64,000 nt of DNA, from NCBI RefSeq assembly GCF_036379615.1, contig NZ_DASVGJ010000060.1, positions 105,310-169,309 of the forward strand, read 5' to 3'. Position numbers and translations under genes: made by a program. The notes under the pieces are model-generated. The model did no database searches. It had not been told where the DNA came from and saw nothing but the letters and a program-made list of their open reading frames with translations. Below, in pieces: positions 26,760 through 35,571 of this stretch; position 1 is the stretch's first letter, and the number at the start of each line of letters is the position of its first letter. The stretch is from Brachybacterium sp. Lineage in GTDB: Bacteria; Actinomycetota; Actinomycetes; Actinomycetales; Dermabacteraceae.

Positions 26760-28178
26760 CTACAGGGCGCGGCCCGGGTTCATCAGCCCGTGCGGGTCGA
26801 AGGCCGCCTTCACCCGGCGTTGGAGCTCCCGCGAGACGGGGGAGAGCTCGAGGTCCAGCCATCGCTGCTTCGCGGTCCCGATGCCGTGCTCCCCGCTGAT
26901 GGTGCCGCCGAGGTCGAGCGCCGCACGCACGACCTCGTCGGCGGCTGCGAGGATCTGTGCCGGCAGCGTGCCGGAGGGGTCCTCGGGGACGCCGGGCAGC
27001 GAGAGGGAGGGGTGCAGGTTGCCGTCCCCCGCGTGGGCGACGGCCGAGGTGGCCACGCCGTGGCGTCGGCCGATCTCCTCGATCCGGTCGACCATCTCCG
27101 CCAGGCGGGACTTCGGCACCGCCACGTCCTCGCCGAGCCGGGCCCGACCTCCGCCCGCGGCGCGGCTGGAGCGACGCAGCTCCCACAGGTGCGCCGCCTC
27201 CGCCTCGTCGTCGACGACCCGCACGTCGGCCCCCACCTCCCGGAGCGCGCGGGTGAGATCCGCGGCCTGCTCCTCGATGCCGTACCCGTCGAGCTCGATG
27301 AGCAGCACTGCGCCGGTGGAGCTCGGCACGCCGAGCTCCGGGTCCGCACCGAGGGAGGAGCCGTTGTGGGCGTCGATGTCCGTGACCGCGCCGACGTCCA
27401 GCAGCTCGGTCGCCGCCGGGCGCACCGGGGAGCGCGAGATCGCGTTCACTCCGCCGGTGGCCTGGGCGGTGGTGGTGAAGCGGGCCAGCACCGTGCGGCG
27501 CGCGACCGGCAGCGGCCGGATCCGCACGGTGGCGGCGACGATCACGGCGAGCGTGCCCTCGGAGCCGATCAGCAGCTGGGTGAGGTCGAGCCCGGTGACG
27601 CCCTTGAGGGAGCGGTGGCCGGTGCGCAGCAGTGTCCCGTCGGCCAGCACGACCTCGAGGCCGAGCACCGACTCCCGGGTCACGCCGTACTTCGCGCAGT
27701 GCAGGCCGCCGGCGTTGGTGGCGATGGTGCCCCCGATCGTCGAGATCGCGGCGCTCGCCGGGTCCGGGGCGTAGAAGAAGCCCTGCGGGGACAGGGCTGC
27801 GGAGATGTCGGCGGTGATCACTCCGGCCTCGACCACGGCCACCTCGTCGAGCACGTCGATCTCGCGGATCGCGCTCAGCCGCTCCAGGCCCAGCACGATC
27901 CCGCCGTCGATCGCCACCGCGCCGCCGGAGAGCCCGGAACCGGCGCCGCGCGGCACCACCGGCACGACCGCCTCGTGCGCGATCCGCATCGCGGCCTGCA
28001 CGCCCTCGACGTCGTGGGGGAGCACCAGCACGAATCGCGTTCCCGCGGCGCCGGGGTCGGCCTGGTCGCCTCGGTAGTGCGGCCCGGGCGCCACCACCAC
28101 CGCGTCCTCGCCGAGCGCCTCGCGCAGTCGGGCGGCAAGGGGTTCGAGGTCGCCGTCGGACGGGTCGGTGCCGGTCAT
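26760..28178 (-). CDS. FAD-linked oxidase (GlcD / D-lactate dehydrogenase family)
   Basis: PRGAGSGLSGGA, APDPAS, TNAGG, HAGDGNLH, GEHGIG. Confidence 0.93.
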   Translation of the reverse strand: MTGTDPSDGDLEPLAARLREALGEDAVVVAPGPHYRGDQADPGAAGTRFVLVLPHDVEGVQAAMRIAHEAVVPVVPRGAGSGLSGGAVAIDGGIVLGLERLSAIREIDVLDEVAVVEAGVITADISAALSPQGFFYAPDPASAAISTIGGTIATNAGGLHCAKYGVTRESVLGLEVVLADGTLLRTGHRSLKGVTGLDLTQLLIGSEGTLAVIVAATVRIRPLPVARRTVLARFTTTAQATGGVNAISRSPVRPAATELLDVGAVTDIDAHNGSSLGADPELGVPSSTGAVLLIELDGYGIEEQAADLTRALREVGADVRVVDDEAEAAHLWELRRSSRAAGGGRARLGEDVAVPKSRLAEMVDRIEEIGRRHGVATSAVAHAGDGNLHPSLSLPGVPEDPSGTLPAQILAAADEVVRAALDLGGTISGEHGIGTAKQRWLDLELSPVSRELQRRVKAAFDPHGLMNPGRAL

Positions 28179-28251
28179 GGGGTGCTCCTCGGAGAGGTGG
28201 TGCGCGTTCCGCGGGGGCGAGCCGTCCCCGCGATGTCAGATCCCTGCAGCC

Positions 28252-28833
28252 TCAGAACCCCGCGGGGCCGAATCCCTGTGCGCTCGCCTGCTGCGCGCCG
28301 TACTGCGCGTGCGCGGCGCCGTGCTGCGCGTACTGCCGCTGCACGCGGTCGTTGTGGCCGGAGGCGGCCAGGCAGGACCAGATCATGCTCGCGATCCAGA
28401 TCGGGAGCCCCACCAGCGGAGCCAGCACCACCAGGAGCGCGCCCAGGCCGAAGGTCGCCAGCGAGATCAGCCCGACGAACACGCCGGCTATCACCGAGAC
28501 CACGGCGGTGATGCCCAGCATGACCAGGGCTCCGGTGACGGTCGAGTAGAGCATGCCCAGAGGGCCGAAGAGGAACGTGAGCAGGAAGGCCAGCCCCACG
28601 CTCTTCCGGGGTGGGGGCGGCAGCGGTGCCGGCGCGGCCGCACGCCACGGGTCGTGGGGTGCGGTGCGGAGCTGGACCTCGGCGGGGCGGTGCGGGGGTG
28701 CCGTGCCCGGCCCGGCCAGCGGGTCGTAGCTGCGTCCCCCGGGGGCGACCATCCCGGTCCCGACGAGCTCTCCGGGAATCGTGTGCCCGTCGTCCCTCGC
28801 CGTCGTCCCGCTGTCGTGCGGCCAGTGAACCAT
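28252..28833 (-). CDS. Proline-rich membrane protein of unknown function
   Basis: Pro-rich N-terminus, then KSVGLAFLLTFLFGPLGMLY and further TM helices; ATG 28833 with GGGGG SD. Confidence 0.65.
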   Translation of the reverse strand: MVHWPHDSGTTARDDGHTIPGELVGTGMVAPGGRSYDPLAGPGTAPPHRPAEVQLRTAPHDPWRAAAPAPLPPPPRKSVGLAFLLTFLFGPLGMLYSTVTGALVMLGITAVVSVIAGVFVGLISLATFGLGALLVVLAPLVGLPIWIASMIWSCLAASGHNDRVQRQYAQHGAAHAQYGAQQASAQGFGPAGF

Positions 28834-28924
28834 CGTTCCCCCAGAGCGTTCGTGGTCGATCTGCTCATCGTAGGCAGTGTGCAGACCATCGTGCACGGAC
28901 CTGTGGACGGTCACCGCGGTGGGC

Positions 28925-29887
28925 TCATCCTTCCGGCGGCCGCGTCGGGTCGTGGTCGTCGCCGTGGATCGGAACGTGCTGTTCCGGGATGTCCGCATAG
29001 GAGGCCGGGTCGGAGATCGGCTCGAGGTGGGTGAGCACGGTGAGGTCCGGCAGGCAGCCGCGCAGCTCCTCCTCGAGGCCCTCGATGTAGTCGTGGCCCC
29101 GCTTGACGGTCCATTCATCCGGCACCAGGACGTGCACGTTCATGTACTTCTGCTGCCCGGCCTCGCGGGTCTGCAGCCCGTGGAAGGTGACGGTGCCGTC
29201 GGTGCGGCGGCGCAGCACCTCGGTGATGATCTCGTGGTCCTCGTCCGGCAGCGCCTTGTCCAGCAGGCCGCCGGCGGACTCCTTCAGCAGTCCGATGCCG
29301 GTGACGATGATGTTCACGCCGACCGCGAAGGCCACCAGCGCATCCAGCCGCTCCCAGCCGGTCAGCGCCACCAGGCCCACGCCGATGAGGATCCCCGCGC
29401 TGGTGACCACATCGGTCATCAGGTGCTTGCCGTCGGCGCGCAGGGTGATCGAGTTGTGGGTCCTGCCCGCACGCAGCAGCACGATCGCCACGCCGCCGTT
29501 GATCAGCGAGGCGATCACCACGATGAGCAGCCCGATGCCGAGGTTCTCGAGCGGCCGTGGATTGATGAAGCGCTCGACCGCGGTGATCATGATGACCGCC
29601 GCGGCCACGAAGATCATCAGCCCCTCGACCGCGGCGGAGAAGTACTCGGCCTTCGCGCGGCCGTAGAGGAAGCGCTCGGTCGCGGGCCGGGCGGCGACGG
29701 TCAGCGCGATCAGGGCGACCACCGCGGCGACCAGGTTCACGGTCGACTCGGCCGCGTCGGAGAGCAGGCCGACGGAGCCCGTCATCGCCCAGGCGCCCGT
29801 CTTCAGGGCGATGGTGAGGATCGCGGCGACGATCGACAGCCACGCGAACTTGCGCAGATCGACGCGCTGGTCGGCAGGGGTGCTCAT
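28925..29887 (-). CDS. Cation diffusion facilitator (CDF) metal exporter
   Basis: GSVGLLSDAAES, GRAKAEY, ADGKHLMTDV, HLEP. Confidence 0.93.
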   Translation of the reverse strand: MSTPADQRVDLRKFAWLSIVAAILTIALKTGAWAMTGSVGLLSDAAESTVNLVAAVVALIALTVAARPATERFLYGRAKAEYFSAAVEGLMIFVAAAVIMITAVERFINPRPLENLGIGLLIVVIASLINGGVAIVLLRAGRTHNSITLRADGKHLMTDVVTSAGILIGVGLVALTGWERLDALVAFAVGVNIIVTGIGLLKESAGGLLDKALPDEDHEIITEVLRRRTDGTVTFHGLQTREAGQQKYMNVHVLVPDEWTVKRGHDYIEGLEEELRGCLPDLTVLTHLEPISDPASYADIPEQHVPIHGDDHDPTRPPEG

Positions 29888-30246
29888 GCGGGGGAGTCCT
29901 TCGTGGGGGAGGGTCGGGGCGGATCGGGGGCGAGGGAGCCGTCGGCTGCGATGTGCTCGAAGATCTGCTCCACCAGCTGGACCACGTGCGGATCCTCGAC
30001 GGTGTAGTAGCTGTGCCGTCCCTCCCGGGTCGCCGAGACGATGCCCGTCAGGCGGAGCTTGCGCAGGTGCTGGCTGGTGGTGGGCAGGCTCAGCCCCACC
30101 CGCTCGGCCAGCTCGCCCACGTCGAAGCGGCCCGAGCTCATCAGCCACACCAGCTGGAGCCGTGCGGGGCTGGCGAGCATGGAGAAGGTGTCCGCCGCGG
30201 CGGCGAGCTGCGGCTCGGTGGGCGGCTGGTGAGGGGGTGAGGTCAT
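29884..30246 (-). CDS. ArsR/SmtB-family metalloregulator
   Basis: FSMLASPARLQLV, VGELAERVGLSLPTTSQHLRKLR, REGRHSYY, DPH; alternative start 30255. Confidence 0.9.
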   Translation of the reverse strand: MTSPPHQPPTEPQLAAAADTFSMLASPARLQLVWLMSSGRFDVGELAERVGLSLPTTSQHLRKLRLTGIVSATREGRHSYYTVEDPHVVQLVEQIFEHIAADGSLAPDPPRPSPTKDSPA

Positions 30247-30258
30247 GGGCGGCATCCT

Positions 30259-30300
30259 CCCCCACGATTCGTCATTCGCGCAATCAACGAAGTGTGGGAG
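30259..30300. promoter_or_regulatory. Imperfect inverted repeat, candidate ArsR operator
   Basis: Arms 30259-30272 and 30287-30300 match at 11/14 positions, directly upstream of arsR. Confidence 0.4.
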
Positions 30301-30384
30301 GTGAGGTGGCCGACAGGGGGTCTCTCGGGTCGGAGCGGCTCTATCCTGTGTCCCCCGAGACACCGTCGTCCGGAAAGGACACGC

Positions 30385-31941
30385 ATGTACAACCTCGCCG
30401 TGGTGCTGGAGGACAGCGCCCGTACCGTCCCCGACAGGCCCGCCCTGGTGCTGGGGGAGACCATCCTGACCTACGCCCAGGTGGACGCCGCCGCGAATCG
30501 GGTGGCGCACCTCCTGGTCTCCCTCGGCGTCGAGCCCGGGGACCGGGTCGCGCTGAGCTGCCCCAACCTGCCGCAGTTCCCGATCGTCTACTTCGGGATC
30601 CTCAAGGCCGGAGCGGTGGTGGTGCCGCTGAACGTGCTGAACAAGTCCCGGGAGGTGACCTACTATCTCGAGGACGCCGAGGCCTCTGTGGTCTTCGCCT
30701 TCGAGGGCACCGAGGAGCTCCCCATCGGGCGCTTCGTGGTCGAAGGGGCGCAGGCCGCGGCCCGGCCCCCGCAGGTCGTGCTCATGACGGCCGACCCGCA
30801 GGCCGAGAGCCCCTACGAGGGCGTGCTCACGCTGGCCCGAGCCGTCGCGGAGCTCCCCGACACCTTCGAGACCGTCCTGCGCCGGGAGACGGACACCGCC
30901 GTGGTGCTCTACACCTCCGGCACCACCGGTCACCCCAAGGGTGCCGAGCTCAGCCATTCCAACCAGGTCATGAACGCCCTGACCTGCAACCGCCTGTTCG
31001 GCTCCCTGCCCGGGGAGGACGTCCATCTGGTCGCCCTGCCGCTGTTCCACACCTTCGGCGCCACGGTGAACCTCAACGCCGGCTTCTCCATGGGCGCCAC
31101 CCTCGTGCTGCTGCCGCGCTTCGAACCCCGCCAGGCCCTGGATCTGCTGCTGGCCCACCGGGTGACCCTCTTCGCCGGGGTCCCCACCATGTGGTGGGCT
31201 CTGCTGCGGCTGCTCTCCGAGGGCGGGGCCGAGGTGGGGGACCTCGCCGAGCACCTGCGGCTGGGCGTCTCCGGCGGTTCGGCGCTGCCGATGGAGATCC
31301 TCCGCGGCGTGCACGAGACGCTCGGCATCTCGATCATGGAGGGCTACGGCCTCTCCGAGACCTCACCGGTGGCGAGCTTCTCACGACCCGAGCGGCCGCG
31401 GCCGGGCTCCATCGGCCTGCCGGTCTGGGGCGTCGAGATGGACCTCATCGACCCCACCGACCCGGACTGGGCGCGAGTGCGCGAGCCCGGCGCGATCGGG
31501 GAGATCGTGGTGCGCGGGCACAACATCATGACCGGCTACCTCCGCCGCCCCGAGGAGACCGCCGCCGTGATCCGGGACGGCTGGTTCCGCACCGGCGACC
31601 TGGGGCGCCGGGACGAGGACGGCTTCTACTTCGTGGTGGACCGCTCCAAGGACATGATCGTGCGCGGCGGCTACAACGTGTATCCGCGGGAGGTGGAGGA
31701 GGTGCTGCTCACCCATGAGCAGGTCTCCCTCGCCGCCGTGATCGGGGTGCCGCACGAGCGCCTCGGTGAGGAGATCACTGCCCATGTGATCCTCGAGAAG
31801 GGCGCCACGATCACCGTCGAGGAGCTGCGGGACTGGGCCAAGGAGCAGATGGCGGACTACAAGTACCCGCGGACGATCGTCATCGACGAGGAGCTGCCGA
31901 TGACCTCCACCGGCAAGATCCTCAAGCGCGAGCTGCGCTGA
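30385..31941 (+). CDS. Long-chain fatty-acid--CoA ligase (AMP-binding family)
   Basis: YTSGTTGHPKG, EGYGLSET, WFRTGDLG, DRSKDMI, TGKILK. Confidence 0.95.
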   Translation: MYNLAVVLEDSARTVPDRPALVLGETILTYAQVDAAANRVAHLLVSLGVEPGDRVALSCPNLPQFPIVYFGILKAGAVVVPLNVLNKSREVTYYLEDAEASVVFAFEGTEELPIGRFVVEGAQAAARPPQVVLMTADPQAESPYEGVLTLARAVAELPDTFETVLRRETDTAVVLYTSGTTGHPKGAELSHSNQVMNALTCNRLFGSLPGEDVHLVALPLFHTFGATVNLNAGFSMGATLVLLPRFEPRQALDLLLAHRVTLFAGVPTMWWALLRLLSEGGAEVGDLAEHLRLGVSGGSALPMEILRGVHETLGISIMEGYGLSETSPVASFSRPERPRPGSIGLPVWGVEMDLIDPTDPDWARVREPGAIGEIVVRGHNIMTGYLRRPEETAAVIRDGWFRTGDLGRRDEDGFYFVVDRSKDMIVRGGYNVYPREVEEVLLTHEQVSLAAVIGVPHERLGEEITAHVILEKGATITVEELRDWAKEQMADYKYPRTIVIDEELPMTSTGKILKRELR

Positions 31942-31970
31942 GGGACCCGCTCCGGGTCCACCCGGATCGC

Positions 31971-32387
31971 TCAGTCCACGTATCGCGTGGGGGCTCCCGC
32001 GACCGGCAGGCCCAGCCGGTGGTACGCGCGGAACCCGCCGCGCAGGTCCGTCGCGCGGTGGAAGCCGAGGTCGCGCAGGTCGCGGGCGGCGAGCGTGGAG
32101 TGGTAGCCCTCGTTGCACAGCACGACCACCTCGTCGTCGAGCGCGGGGCCGTCCTCCATGCGCCAGGGGGCGCTCGGGTCCAGTCGCCACTCCAGCACCA
32201 GGCGTTCGATCACCACTGCGCCGGGCACGTGCCCTTCGACGTCGCGGGTGACGGCCGAGCGCACGTCGATCAGGTGCGCACCGCGGGCGAGGGCCGCCGG
32301 CACCTCGGCCGGTTCCAGCTGGGCCACGCCGTCCCGGGCCTGCGCGAGGATCTCGTCGATGCGGGGTGAGGGCGGGGGAGCGGACAT
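31971..32387 (-). CDS. Rhodanese-like domain protein
   Basis: LIDVRS, HVPGA, active loop CNEGYHS, DLRGGF. Confidence 0.9.
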   Translation of the reverse strand: MSAPPPSPRIDEILAQARDGVAQLEPAEVPAALARGAHLIDVRSAVTRDVEGHVPGAVVIERLVLEWRLDPSAPWRMEDGPALDDEVVVLCNEGYHSTLAARDLRDLGFHRATDLRGGFRAYHRLGLPVAGAPTRYVD

Positions 32388-32479
32388 GGTCCCAGTATGG
32401 CGCGCTGGTCCGTCGACGGGACGGCCCCGCCGGACGTGATGTCCGTCGGGGCCGCCCCGGTGCTCGCGAGGAGCGCTGC

Positions 32480-34018
32480 TCAGCGGCCGCGCCCCGAGGA
32501 GAACGCGGCGAGACCGCCCGAGCGGCCGTCCGAGCTCGAGGTCGAGTAGCTGGTGGAGGAGCCGCCCTGGCGACCGCCGGAACGGCCCTGGCCGGAGCGT
32601 CCGCGGCCGCCGGAGCGGGAACCGCCGCCGGCGCCACCCTGCTCGCGACGACCCGACTGGCCGTCCTGGCCGCCACGACGCCCGCCGCGGGAGCCCTGGC
32701 CCTCGCCGCCCTGGCTGTCACGACCGCCCTGGCCGCCGCGACCCTGTCCGCCGCGACCCTGGCCACCGCGCCCGCGGCCGCCGCCGCGCTCACCCTTCAG
32801 CCGCGCCTCGTCGAGCGGGGCCTCGGGCTGCTTCGGCTCGTGGGTCTCGACCCGCTCGCCGGGGGCGAGCTCGGCGAGCACCGGGCTCAGCGCCGTCACC
32901 GAGGCGTGGTGCGTGGCCGTGATCCCGGCCTTGCGCATCAGGTCGCTGACGTCGCGCTTCTGGTCCGGGGTCTGCACGGTGATCACGGTGCCGGACTCGC
33001 CGGCGCGGGCGGTGCGGCCGCTGCGGTGCAGGTACGCCTTGTGCTCGACGGGCGGATCGGCGTGGACCACCAGGGCCACCTCGTCGACGTGGATGCCGCG
33101 CGCGGCGATGTCGGTGCAGACCATGGTGGTCGCGGTCCCGGAGCCGAAGGCCTCGAGGTTCCGGGTGCGGGCGTTCTGGGAGAGGTTGCCGTGGAGGTCC
33201 ACCGCGTCCACGCCGCGGGCGGAGAGCTTGCGGGCCAGGTTCTTCGCGCCGTACTTGGTGCGGGTGAACATGATCGTGCGCCCCGGTGCGGCGGCCAGGT
33301 CGCGCAGCACGTCGAAGCGGGCTGCGGAGTGCACCTCGAGCACGTGGTGCTCCATGGTGCCCACGGGGCTCGTGGCCGGATCCGCCGAGTGGGTGACGGG
33401 CTCGTGCAGGAACTCCTTGACGAGCTTGTTCACCCCGGAGTCGAGGGTTGCGGAGAAGAGCATCCGCTGGCCCTTGGGCGGGGTCTTCACGAGGATCTTG
33501 CGCACCATCGGCAGGAAGCCCATGTCGGCCATGTGGTCGGCCTCGTCGATGACGGTGATCTCGATCGCGCTGAGATCCACATGGCCCTGGTTCATGAGGT
33601 CCAGGAGTCGGCCGGGGCAGGCCACGAGCACGTCGACGCCCCGTGCCAGGGCATTCACCTGCGGGTTCTGGCCCACGCCGCCGAACACCACGGTGCTGCG
33701 CAGTCCTGCGGCGGCCTCCAGCGGCTTCAGCGACTCGGCGATCTGCGAGGCCAGCTCGCGGGTGGGGGCGAGCACCAGGGAACGGGGCCGACGGGCCACG
33801 CGCTTGCGCGGCTGCTCGATGAGGCGGGCCACCAGCGGCAGCAGGAAGGCGAAGGTCTTCCCCGAGCCGGTGCGGCCCCGGCCCAGCACGTCCCGGCCGG
33901 ACAGCGAGTCCGGCAGGGTGGCGGCCTGGATGGGGGTGGGCTCGGTGATGCCCATCGGCGCGAGCGCGTCGGTCAGGGCGGACGGCACGCCGAGGCGTGC
34001 GAAGTCAGGGGTGGTCAC
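32480..34018 (-). CDS. DEAD-box RNA helicase with RGG-rich C-terminal tail
   Basis: PTPIQ, GRTGSGKT, PTRELA, DEAD, FSAT, ARGIH, HRSGRTARAG. Confidence 0.97.
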   Translation of the reverse strand: MTTPDFARLGVPSALTDALAPMGITEPTPIQAATLPDSLSGRDVLGRGRTGSGKTFAFLLPLVARLIEQPRKRVARRPRSLVLAPTRELASQIAESLKPLEAAAGLRSTVVFGGVGQNPQVNALARGVDVLVACPGRLLDLMNQGHVDLSAIEITVIDEADHMADMGFLPMVRKILVKTPPKGQRMLFSATLDSGVNKLVKEFLHEPVTHSADPATSPVGTMEHHVLEVHSAARFDVLRDLAAAPGRTIMFTRTKYGAKNLARKLSARGVDAVDLHGNLSQNARTRNLEAFGSGTATTMVCTDIAARGIHVDEVALVVHADPPVEHKAYLHRSGRTARAGESGTVITVQTPDQKRDVSDLMRKAGITATHHASVTALSPVLAELAPGERVETHEPKQPEAPLDEARLKGERGGGRGRGGQGRGGQGRGGQGGRDSQGGEGQGSRGGRRGGQDGQSGRREQGGAGGGSRSGGRGRSGQGRSGGRQGGSSTSYSTSSSDGRSGGLAAFSSGRGR

Positions 34019-34330
34019 GTGAGGTGATCCGTTCTGTGTGGTGCAATCCCGCCCGGGGCGTCGTCATGCGGCGCTGCGCGGAGCAGCGATCCTCGGCCGA
34101 AGCTGTCACCGGGACGGAGCCTGCCGATCTCGGGGTCCGACGCGGGGCGTCGGACCGGATCGGGGCTGTCCGTCCGGGACCTGTGCCGCGGCGGGAGGAC
34201 GGCACTGCTGCTCACAGTACGCGCCGGTCACCTGCGTGGCGATGAACCGGCACGTCGGTGTGAGATACCACCGCCCGGCCGGGGCCGCTCGGGCGCTCAC
34301 CCGGGGAGGTCCGGGAGGCGGGGCCGATGT

Positions 34331-34342
34331 TCCCACGTGGGA
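34331..34342. promoter_or_regulatory. LacI-type operator upstream of the second lacI
   Basis: Perfect palindrome TCCCACGTGGGA with central CG. Confidence 0.5.
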
Positions 34343-34414
34343 GGAGGGGTGGTCCCGTATCCTCGTCCCCACCGGCCGCTGTGCCGGCCCCGAGACCGAC
34401 CTGAGGAAGGGCCC

Positions 34415-35458
34415 ATGGCGCGACGTGTGAGCATCAAGGACGTCGCCCTGCGGGCCGGGGTCTCCTGGAAGACCGTCTCCAACGTGGTCAACGACCGGCC
34501 GGTGGTGCGGGAGGAGACGCGGGTCCGCGTGGAGCAGGCGATCGAGGAGCTCGGCTACGTGCCCAACCGTGCCGGCCGCGAGCTGCGAGGCGGACCCACC
34601 CACGCCCTGGCACTGGTGGTGCCGGAGCTGCAGAACCCCTACTTCGCCCGCCTCGCCGAGCGCATGCAGGTCGCCGCTCGGGAGCGCGGGTACATGGTGA
34701 GCGTCGAGGTCTCGCTCGGCGTCGCGGAGACCGAGCGCGCCCATCTGCGCGGGAACACCCCGCGCCCCGTCGACGCGGTGATCATCTCGCCCTCGGCGCT
34801 GACCCCGCCGGACCTCCAGGTCTCCGGGGGGCCGCGGGTGGTCCTGCTGGGCGAGATGCTGCCGGCCGCACCGGAGATCTCCCATGTGGCGATCGACAAC
34901 GTCGCCTCCGCGGCGGACGTGGTGCGCCTCCTGGTCGCCCAGGGGCGGAGGCACCCGCTGTTCCTGGGAGGCGACGGGGCCGTGCGCTCGACCGCCACCG
35001 ATCGACTGGCCGGCATCCGGGCGGCGCTGCGCTTCGCCGACCTCCCCCTCGAGGCGCAGCGGGTGCGCACCGTCGCGGGCTGGGACCGGGAATCCGGCCG
35101 CGAGGAGATGGAGCAGGTGCTCGCCTCGGGTCTCGAGGTCGACGCCGTGGTGGCCGGGAACGACCTGCTCGCCCTCGGTGCGATGTCTGCGCTGATCGAG
35201 CACGGGGTGGACGTTCCCGGAGAGGTGGCGGTGGTGGGCTGGGACGACATCCCCGAGGCGGCCTGGTCGCGGCCCGGGCTGACCACCATCGCCCCGGACC
35301 TCGAGGCCCTGGTCGCGGCCGCGCTGGACGCCGCCCTCGCGGACTCGACGCGGAAGGCCGGTGGTGACGGCGGCGCCTCCGTCGTCGGCGGGGTCGAGAC
35401 AGTCGTCGGCCACCGACTCATCGAGCGCGGATCGACGTCCGCGGCCGCCGACCGCTGA
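34415..35458 (+). CDS. LacI-family transcriptional regulator
   Basis: VSIKDVALRAGVSWKTVSNVVN, LGYVPN, GNDLLALG, VVGWDD; RBS GAGGAAGG. Confidence 0.95.
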   Translation: MARRVSIKDVALRAGVSWKTVSNVVNDRPVVREETRVRVEQAIEELGYVPNRAGRELRGGPTHALALVVPELQNPYFARLAERMQVAARERGYMVSVEVSLGVAETERAHLRGNTPRPVDAVIISPSALTPPDLQVSGGPRVVLLGEMLPAAPEISHVAIDNVASAADVVRLLVAQGRRHPLFLGGDGAVRSTATDRLAGIRAALRFADLPLEAQRVRTVAGWDRESGREEMEQVLASGLEVDAVVAGNDLLALGAMSALIEHGVDVPGEVAVVGWDDIPEAAWSRPGLTTIAPDLEALVAAALDAALADSTRKAGGDGGASVVGGVETVVGHRLIERGSTSAAADR

Positions 35459-35490
35459 GGGCAGGCGGTCCGGGCGGACCGCCGGCGTGA

Positions 35491-35504
35491 TTCCCACGTT
35501 GCAA
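35491..35504. promoter_or_regulatory. LacI-type operator upstream of GH2
   Basis: TTCCCACGTTGCAA shares TTCCCACGT with the site at 34330. Confidence 0.5.
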
Positions 35505-35571
35505 TGCTGGCCGGGATGCGATGGAATGGTGCTGTCCGATCAGCGCAGATCCCGATCACAGGAGCCGCCCC

